Below, in pieces: positions 57,206 through 64,000 of a stretch of DNA of 64,000 nucleotides. A program made the position numbers and the translations under genes. Numbering within the stretch: position 1 is the stretch's first letter; each line of letters begins with the position of its first letter. The notes beneath the pieces were generated by a model. That model did not search any database. It was not told the origin of the DNA and was given only the letters and a program-made list of their open reading frames with translations. The stretch is from a candidate division FCPU426 bacterium. Lineage in GTDB: Bacteria > Oederibacteriota > PGYV01 > Palsa-1178. Where the stretch lies: assembly GCA_963840035.1 (NCBI GenBank), contig CAWIXE010000001.1, forward strand, positions 416,001 through 480,000, read 5' to 3'.

Positions 57206-58219
57206 ATGAAACGAATGAAAATCGCAATTACCATGGGCGACCCCGCAGGCGTGGGCCCCGAAATAATTGTGAAGATGTTTAAAAAGGAAGACCTTTATAA
57301 ATACGCCGATGTGATCGTAATCGGGGACCTCTTCCCCATGTTATCGGCGCAGCGCAGGATATCAAACAAATTAGCCATAAAGCCAGTCAGCCATATAGAT
57401 AAATTATCAACAGATAGAAACGTTATAAATCTTCTTGACCTGAAGCAGTTGCACATGAACGACTACTGTATAGGCGAGGCATCGGCAAAAGCGGGAAAAG
57501 CCTCGTTTGAATACATAAAAAAGGCCATTGAACTCGCTATGTCTAAAAAAGTGGACGCGGTTGTGACAGCGCCCATAAACAAGCACAGCCTTCACATGGC
57601 CGGCATTAAGTTCCCCGGCCATACAGAGATATTCGCCAGGTTCACAAAGACAAAAAAATACGCCATGATGTTAATGGGCAGGGACCTGAAGGTAATACTC
57701 GCCACCATACACACCGCGCTAAAGAACGTGCCAAAAGAGCTAAGCGTAAGCGGCCTTGTGTCGCTCATGGAACTCGCGGATAAATCACTTTCAAATGATT
57801 TCGGCATTTTCGGCCCCATAACGGCCGTGTGCGGCTTAAACCCGCACGCGGGCGAAGCGGGGGCTTTTGGCAACGAGGAAGAAAGAATCATAATACCGGC
57901 GATAAAAAAAGCAAAAGCAAAAGGGGTAAAAGTCGAAGGCCCTTATCCCGCGGACACGATATTTCACAGGGTTGTAAAATATAAAACGCACGACGCGGTA
58001 ATCGCCATGTACCACGACCAGGGCCTTGTGCCGCTGAAACTATTATCGTTCGATACTGGAGTCAACGTCACGTTAGGCCTGCCCATAGTAAGGACCTCCC
58101 CGGACCACGGCACGGCGTATGACATAGCAGGTACGGGAAAAGCAGGGGAAGGGTCGATAATGGCGGCTTTTAAAACGGCGATAGAGATAGCAAAAAACAG
58201 GAAACAGTCAAGGATATGA
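57206..58219 (+). CDS. pdxA: 4-hydroxythreonine-4-phosphate dehydrogenase
   Basis: MGDPAGVGPE, GHTE, LNPHAGE, MYHDQG and RTSPDHGTA motifs. Confidence 0.96.
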   Translation: MKRMKIAITMGDPAGVGPEIIVKMFKKEDLYKYADVIVIGDLFPMLSAQRRISNKLAIKPVSHIDKLSTDRNVINLLDLKQLHMNDYCIGEASAKAGKASFEYIKKAIELAMSKKVDAVVTAPINKHSLHMAGIKFPGHTEIFARFTKTKKYAMMLMGRDLKVILATIHTALKNVPKELSVSGLVSLMELADKSLSNDFGIFGPITAVCGLNPHAGEAGAFGNEEERIIIPAIKKAKAKGVKVEGPYPADTIFHRVVKYKTHDAVIAMYHDQGLVPLKLLSFDTGVNVTLGLPIVRTSPDHGTAYDIAGTGKAGEGSIMAAFKTAIEIAKNRKQSRI

Positions 58220-59973
58220 AGGAATTATTCGCCTATGATCCCGGCGCAAAGACAGGAAAAACCGCCATTTTAATAATGCTCATACTGGCCGTTATTTTTT
58301 TTGCCGCAAGGTTCATACAGCCCCAGTATCAGCCGGAATTTGAGTATGATGAGATAACGGATATGTATGAAGGCGTATTAAAGCAATATGGCGGGGAGAA
58401 CTTTTTTTATTATAATCCGCTTAAGGGCGCCGCCGGGAACCTCTTAAACCAGATATGTTTTTTTACGTCCCCGATAGTCAAAGAAAATATCGAATACTAC
58501 AAATACGCCGGGGCAGCGCTCCTGCCGTTTTTGGCCGCGGGTATCTTCCTTCTGACACTTAATCTTTTCGGAATGGCCGCGGCCATAGCAGCGGTATTTG
58601 TACTGTGCCAGTCCTTCTGGAATTATCATACTTCAGGTTTTTTCCTCGCAAACAATCTGACGCCTGTCCTTGCAGCCTTTGCTTTTTATTTCATAAGTAA
58701 AAAGTCCATTAAAATACCCGATATTGCCGCTTTCATTGTAGTTACCGTTCTGTGCGTGAACACATATATATTATGGATGCTCGCAGTGCCTCTTTTTTTA
58801 TATATTTTTTATGAAAGGTTCAGGGGAACGGACGATCCTTCAGAGAAAAACTTGGCAAAAAACTCTTCAATAGCACTTATAATCACCGTGGCGGCCGCGA
58901 TGCTTTTTTTCCTGTTCAGCGCAGACAGCAGCGTATTCGTAAGATTTTTCCAGGTGTCCGTGGTAAAGAACAAATGGGGCGCTGAGGGCATACTTCAAAA
59001 CTTAAAGGACCTGGGATTTATTTTCAGGCTGCCCTTTTTAAACCCGGTTGAATGGATCTTCTTCATCTGGGGGTTTGCCCTGGTGTGCTTAAACCTTAAA
59101 GAAAGGCCATTCAGGGTGCTGCTTTTCATGTTCATTATTTTCAGCCTTCCCTTGGTCATTTCAGGGTTTCATCAGGGCAGGAGCGTGCTCATGCAGATAC
59201 CTGCCTTTATCATCATCGCACTCGGAATACGGCAGCTTCTGACATTAAAATCCAAGAAATATTTTATAATAGTACCCGTACTCATGTGTATTTTCCCCGC
59301 TTATTACATGGGAAAGCAGTTGGTAGCTGTCAACTCTCTTGCGCCGCAGGATACCATGGACCGCTCCATCGCGAAATATCTGAATTCCACATACGGGGAT
59401 AAGGTGAGTTACCTGCCAGAATTTGAGTATGTGTACATGGACGACCCGAGGAAAGTGACAATCAGGCTTAAAAGCACTTATAAAAGGAACGGCCTTACGG
59501 ACTATACCGCATTGCGTTTCAACATGTTTTGGAAAAATGACCTGGAGAAGTATTTTAAAAGGAATAATGTGAACACTTCCACTCATTTATTTGAAAGTTC
59601 GGTAACAGGAAGGTATAAAAAATTTCCTTCGGTTCTTGTAGTAATACCCGCGGGTTCCGCCGTGGAAAAAAAGCTGCGCGGTTATGACGCGGCTTTAAGG
59701 GAAATAAAGCTGAAAATGCCATGGCAGTCGGGACAGGATATTATTGACAGCCTTAACTCGCATTTTTCATCGTCAGAGGATGATGTTATAATGAACACGG
59801 TCTTAAAGGACCTGAAGTCTGACACGTACCTGAACATGGGCATGCCTGAGATGGCGGTAAACGTCCTTCTTGACAGGACATACCCTTCATTCATGCCCGG
59901 GGATTTTATTATGAGGATCGAAAGAATCAAAAGGGCAATAAAACAAAGAGCGCAGGAAGGGAAAAATGGATAA
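58216..59973 (+). CDS. Polytopic membrane protein, GT-C (ArnT-like) candidate
   Basis: DE motif after the first TM, about 12 TM segments, soluble C-terminal domain. Confidence 0.55.
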   Translation: MKELFAYDPGAKTGKTAILIMLILAVIFFAARFIQPQYQPEFEYDEITDMYEGVLKQYGGENFFYYNPLKGAAGNLLNQICFFTSPIVKENIEYYKYAGAALLPFLAAGIFLLTLNLFGMAAAIAAVFVLCQSFWNYHTSGFFLANNLTPVLAAFAFYFISKKSIKIPDIAAFIVVTVLCVNTYILWMLAVPLFLYIFYERFRGTDDPSEKNLAKNSSIALIITVAAAMLFFLFSADSSVFVRFFQVSVVKNKWGAEGILQNLKDLGFIFRLPFLNPVEWIFFIWGFALVCLNLKERPFRVLLFMFIIFSLPLVISGFHQGRSVLMQIPAFIIIALGIRQLLTLKSKKYFIIVPVLMCIFPAYYMGKQLVAVNSLAPQDTMDRSIAKYLNSTYGDKVSYLPEFEYVYMDDPRKVTIRLKSTYKRNGLTDYTALRFNMFWKNDLEKYFKRNNVNTSTHLFESSVTGRYKKFPSVLVVIPAGSAVEKKLRGYDAALREIKLKMPWQSGQDIIDSLNSHFSSSEDDVIMNTVLKDLKSDTYLNMGMPEMAVNVLLDRTYPSFMPGDFIMRIERIKRAIKQRAQEGKNG

Positions 59974-60796
59974 AAAGGAAAGCAGCGGAAAATTCCGCTA
60001 CAAAAAAGGGCTCGGCCAGAACTTCCTTCATAATACTTCGAAGCTCGGGCAGATGGCGTCGTTAATTGACGTAAAAGCCGGGGATACCGTCATAGAGATC
60101 GGGCCCGGGGCCGGCGCGCTAACACAGAGGCTGCTCGCAACGGCTGGAAAAGTCATAGCCATCGAGATCGACAGGGAAGCCATCGCAAAGCTAAAGGAAA
60201 AACTCGGCGAGCCGGACAATCTGGCAATAATAAACGCGGATTTCCTTGAATTTAACCTTGATGCCATGCTGAAAAGCATAAATTCAAAAGTACAGGTTGT
60301 CGGCAATATTCCGTATTATATAACCACTCCAATAATTGAAAAACTCATAGAACATAAAGCGATGATAAGCAGGGCTTTCCTGACCGTACAGAAGGAAGTC
60401 GGGGAGCGCATGGCAGCCAGGGAAGGGTCAAAAACATACGGGTCACTAACGGTTTACTGCCAGTACCACGCTGATGTTAAAATGCTCCTTAAAATAGACA
60501 GGAAGTCTTTTTTTCCCATACCCAATGTGGACTCGGCTTTTGTTTCCATGGACTTTACAAAGACCCCGATGCTGGACGTCAAGGATGAGGCGCTGTTCTT
60601 CAAGATATCAAGGGCAGGTTTTGGACAGCGCAGGAAGATGTTCATGAAGAATCTGAAACGGGAATTGGGAATAGGCAGCGGGGAATTGGAAGAGGCGTTT
60701 AGAACCCTTTCTATTGACGACAAAGCCCGTGCAGAGACGGTCTCCATAATAAAATTTGCCGAACTTACAAATTTGCTGTATAATAAGCGGGATTAG
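59966..60796 (+). CDS. rsmA: 16S rRNA dimethyltransferase RsmA (KsgA)
   Basis: LGQNFL, EIGPGAGALT, GNIPYYITTP and QRRK motifs. Confidence 0.97.
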   Translation: MDKKESSGKFRYKKGLGQNFLHNTSKLGQMASLIDVKAGDTVIEIGPGAGALTQRLLATAGKVIAIEIDREAIAKLKEKLGEPDNLAIINADFLEFNLDAMLKSINSKVQVVGNIPYYITTPIIEKLIEHKAMISRAFLTVQKEVGERMAAREGSKTYGSLTVYCQYHADVKMLLKIDRKSFFPIPNVDSAFVSMDFTKTPMLDVKDEALFFKISRAGFGQRRKMFMKNLKRELGIGSGELEEAFRTLSIDDKARAETVSIIKFAELTNLLYNKRD

Positions 60797-60808
60797 AATA
60801 GAAAACAT

Positions 60809-60883
60809 CAGTTTTAAGTTTGAAGTTTTAAGATGAATGAGGATAAGGCCAGTTTTTATCTTAAAACTAAAAACTTTAAACTG
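60809..60883. repeat. Heptamer-arm hairpin element, copy B
   Basis: Left arm is 26/27 identical to 15884-15910. Confidence 0.85.
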
Positions 60884-60910
60884 CTCATCTTGTTTTTCGG
60901 AGGAATGATA

Positions 60911-62725
60911 ATGTGTGGTATCATAGGCTACATCGGCGATGAGAACGCCGCAGAGAGGATAATATACGGGCTTCATAAACTTGAATACCGCGGCTATGAC
61001 TCTGCCGGCATTGCCATCATAGATAACGGCAAACTAACCCGCTTCCGTTCAAAGGGCAAACTTGAAAACCTGCAGGCAAGGATAAAGAGAGAGAAACTAA
61101 ACGGTAAGATAGGCATAGGCCATACGCGCTGGGCGACCCACGGCAAACCCTCGGAGGAAAACGCCCATCCCCACATAGACTGCTCGGGCGAGATTACCAT
61201 AATTCACAACGGAATTATAGAAAATTACTTTGAGATAAAGGAAGAACTCAGAAAGAAAGGGCATAAATTCGCCTCGGAAACAGACACCGAGATATTCGCC
61301 CACCTCATAGAGGATAATATTTCAAAAGGTTTTGAAAAAGCAGTATTCGCCGCCTTAAAAAGGATCCGCGGCATGTACGCCATGGTCATACTTTATTCGG
61401 GGGAACCGGACAAGATAATCGCTGCCAGGCAGGGCTCACCGCTGGTGCTGGGCATCGGCAAAGGCGAAAATTATATAGCCTCTGATGTGCCTTCATTCCT
61501 TAAGTACACAAAAAAAGCCATGTTCATGGAAGACGGGGACGCGGCTATAATCACAAAAAATAAAATAGATATTTATAATTCGGGGAAAAAAGTTAAACGC
61601 CAGGTTACGGATATTAAATGGACCGCGGGGCAGGCTGAAAAATCAGGCTACCCGCATTACATGCTCAAGGAAATATCAGAGGAAGCACAGGCTTTTGAGG
61701 ACACCATAATAGGAAGATTTGATAAAAACGGGATTAATTTTGATAATATAGACACAAAAAAACTTAAAAAAATTGACAATATCAGGATAGTCGCATGCGG
61801 CACATCATACCACGCGGCGTATACAGCCAAGTACATCATAGAAAAATACGCGGGAATAAGCACCAGTGTGGATGTGGCTTCCGAGATACGGTACGGAAAT
61901 CCAGTGGTTGATAAATCCACGCTGTTAATCGCAGTTTCACAGTCAGGCGAGACCATAGACACCATAGAGGCCTTTAAGAACATGCAGGAGAGGGCCGGAT
62001 ACTCCATAGCCATAGTAAATGTGGTGGGTTCCACCTTAAGCAGGATGCTCGACGGGGTCATATATACCCATGCCGGGCCGGAAATAGGTGTTGCAGCGAC
62101 AAAGACTTTCATCAGCCAGTTGGCGGTCCTTTATCTTTTTGCTTTTTACATCGCCGGGATAAAAGGCAAAGCTGACGGAAAATTCATAAAGGCAGGGGTC
62201 AAAAACCTCCGCAAAATACCGGGCCACATCAGGGAAATTTTAAAGGACAGGAAGAAAATTGAAAAAATAGCGGTAAAATACAATAAGTTCAGGGACTTCC
62301 TTTATTACGGACGCAACATCAATTACCCGATGGCCATGGAAGGCGCGCTTAAGCTTAAGGAAATTTCATACATACACGCGGAAGGTTACGCGGCAGGGGA
62401 GATGAAGCACGGGCCTATCGCACTTGTGGATGACAAGACACCGAACGTATTCATAGCGCCTGAGAACGCTCTCTACGAGAAGATAATCAGCAACATACAG
62501 GAGATAAAGGCGCGCTCCGGCACAATAATAGCCATAACAAATAAATCAAACAAAACCATGACGCGTTTCGCGGATGATATTTTTTACATACCGGACATAG
62601 ACGAGGATTTTTACCCGCTGCTGGCCGCCATCCCCATGCAGCTGCTGGCATACTATATAGGCGTTAAAAAAGGCATAGACGTGGATAAGCCGAGGAATCT
62701 CGCAAAGTCTGTGACGGTTGAATAA
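60911..62725 (+). CDS. glmS: Glutamine-fructose-6-phosphate aminotransferase
   Basis: MCGIIG start, LEYRGYDSAG, GHTRWATHG and PRNLAKSVTVE motifs. Confidence 0.98.
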   Translation: MCGIIGYIGDENAAERIIYGLHKLEYRGYDSAGIAIIDNGKLTRFRSKGKLENLQARIKREKLNGKIGIGHTRWATHGKPSEENAHPHIDCSGEITIIHNGIIENYFEIKEELRKKGHKFASETDTEIFAHLIEDNISKGFEKAVFAALKRIRGMYAMVILYSGEPDKIIAARQGSPLVLGIGKGENYIASDVPSFLKYTKKAMFMEDGDAAIITKNKIDIYNSGKKVKRQVTDIKWTAGQAEKSGYPHYMLKEISEEAQAFEDTIIGRFDKNGINFDNIDTKKLKKIDNIRIVACGTSYHAAYTAKYIIEKYAGISTSVDVASEIRYGNPVVDKSTLLIAVSQSGETIDTIEAFKNMQERAGYSIAIVNVVGSTLSRMLDGVIYTHAGPEIGVAATKTFISQLAVLYLFAFYIAGIKGKADGKFIKAGVKNLRKIPGHIREILKDRKKIEKIAVKYNKFRDFLYYGRNINYPMAMEGALKLKEISYIHAEGYAAGEMKHGPIALVDDKTPNVFIAPENALYEKIISNIQEIKARSGTIIAITNKSNKTMTRFADDIFYIPDIDEDFYPLLAAIPMQLLAYYIGVKKGIDVDKPRNLAKSVTVE

Positions 62726-62861
62726 AGCTGATTTTATATTTTAGATTTTAAATTTTAGATTTAATGTAATCCGGCCTGTGGCCGGATAACGGAATTATTA
62801 TAATAGAAAGTGCAATAGCACACCTTAAATATAAAATATAAAATGAAACCAGGTGAAAACA

Positions 62862-64000
62862 TTGGATTATCCAGAAATAGTTTTAAAAAAGGGGGAAGAA
62901 GAGCGCATACTTGCGGGCCATCCCTGGGTTTTTGACAACGAGATAGACAAGATATCCGACACATATGTAAACGGCTCGCTGTTTCTTTTTAAAAACAGCG
63001 AAGGGCTTTACATCGGCCTGGGTTATGTCAATGAAAAATCTGTTATTTCCGGGCGGCTCCTGGACATACTGAAAAAACCGGCGGAAAAATATGAGAACTA
63101 CGCGGACATAGAAAACCTGCTTAAGGACAAGATAGCCATCGCGATAAAAAAAAGGGATAAGGTCAAAAACACCGACGCCATCCGCTACATTTATTCCGAA
63201 GCTGATTCGCTGCCCGGGCTCATTGTGGACAAATACAAGGACACCGCGGTTATACAAATAACCACCCTCGGCATGGAAAATTTAAAGCCGGTGATAGTAA
63301 AGATAATAGACGAAGCATTAAAACCGGAAGTCATATATGAAAAATCAATTTCACAGTCCAGGCAGAAGGAAGGCCTCGAAAAAACAGAAGGCGCGTTAAA
63401 AGGCGAATTAAAACCAATTATCATTACAGAGAACGGCGTGAAATTTGAAGTCAACCCGGCATCAGGGTCAAAGACAGGCTTTTACCTGGACCAGAGGGAC
63501 AACAGGGAACGCATCAAGGATTTTGTCAAGGGCAAGGATGTCCTGGACCTTTTCTGCTATACCGGCGGCTTCTCCGCCTACGCCGGAAAATACGGCGCGA
63601 AATCAATAAAGGCAATTGACTCATCGGCCGCTGCCCTTGATGTAGCCGAGAAAAACATGGAAATGAACAATCTTACAGATTTTTGCCTGGTTAAGGCGGA
63701 TGTCTTTGACGAGATGAAAAGGATGGCAACGGCAGGGGAAAAATATGACGTTATAATACTTGACCCGCCCCCGTTTTCAAAAGGCCATGCGGAAAAAGCA
63801 GGGGCAATAAAGGGTTTCAGGGACCTGCATAATAAGGCTTTTAAGCTGTTAAATTCGGGAGGGGTTATATTTACTTTTTCCTGCTCGCAAAACATACCCA
63901 TGGCGGAACTCATACAGTCCGCCAAAGACGCGGCGCGAAAGCTCAAGTTCAAAGTGGAAATTGCCGGACAGATGTTCCAGGCAAAGGACCATCCGTATAA
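62862..64000 (+). CDS. rlmI: RlmI-like 23S rRNA m5C methyltransferase with PUA domain (3' end runs off the window)
   Basis: Manual translation: GHPWVFDNE, SEADSLPGLIVDKY, KTGFYLDQRDNR, LDLFCYTGGF, ILDPPPF and TFSCS motifs. Start is TTG 62862 or GTG 62853. Confidence 0.85.
   Translation, partial: MDYPEIVLKKGEEERILAGHPWVFDNEIDKISDTYVNGSLFLFKNSEGLYIGLGYVNEKSVISGRLLDILKKPAEKYENYADIENLLKDKIAIAIKKRDKVKNTDAIRYIYSEADSLPGLIVDKYKDTAVIQITTLGMENLKPVIVKIIDEALKPEVIYEKSISQSRQKEGLEKTEGALKGELKPIIITENGVKFEVNPASGSKTGFYLDQRDNRERIKDFVKGKDVLDLFCYTGGFSAYAGKYGAKSIKAIDSSAAALDVAEKNMEMNNLTDFCLVKADVFDEMKRMATAGEKYDVIILDPPPFSKGHAEKAGAIKGFRDLHNKAFKLLNSGGVIFTFSCSQNIPMAELIQSAKDAARKLKFKVEIAGQMFQAKDHPY

Noticed and set aside
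60797..60910. glmS ribozyme upstream of glmS
   Set aside because: The 114-bp gap is occupied by the heptamer hairpin and shows no ribozyme core; the ORF-track extension from 60833 is repeat-derived.
646..63952. Numerous short ORFs antisense to or overlapping recognised genes (e.g. 646-1002, 1764-2201, 7831-8034, 31547-32089, 62883-63952)
   Set aside because: Shadow frames of well-supported genes or translations of repeats, with no RBS or recognisable motifs.

Overview
Chromosomal window from a diderm bacterium (lipoproteins, TolB/OmpA, AsmA), probably close to the replication origin (recF, rsmG, two parS sites). Most of it is housekeeping and envelope genes: queA, rsmE, aroE, lexA-recA, lepB, dinB, hisS, pdxA, rsmA, glmS and tRNA-Ile2. 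Accessory elements are one complete IS30-family element sitting between the two parS sites, a degenerate HD-GYP / adenylate cyclase / TPR signalling operon, a duplicated TPR-DUF5683 + beta-propeller lipoprotein module, a candidate RHH/RelE-like toxin-antitoxin pair, and an esterase pseudogene. The most unusual signal is non-coding. About 20 gene junctions carry 7-bp-period repeat tracts of differing unit sequence, often as inverted pairs and sometimes translated inside genes. At least four unrelated palindromic (REP/MITE-like) families are also present, and five genes have leaderless promoter architecture. No CRISPR array, prophage or rRNA was seen. All family assignments come from motif recognition by eye, not from database searches.
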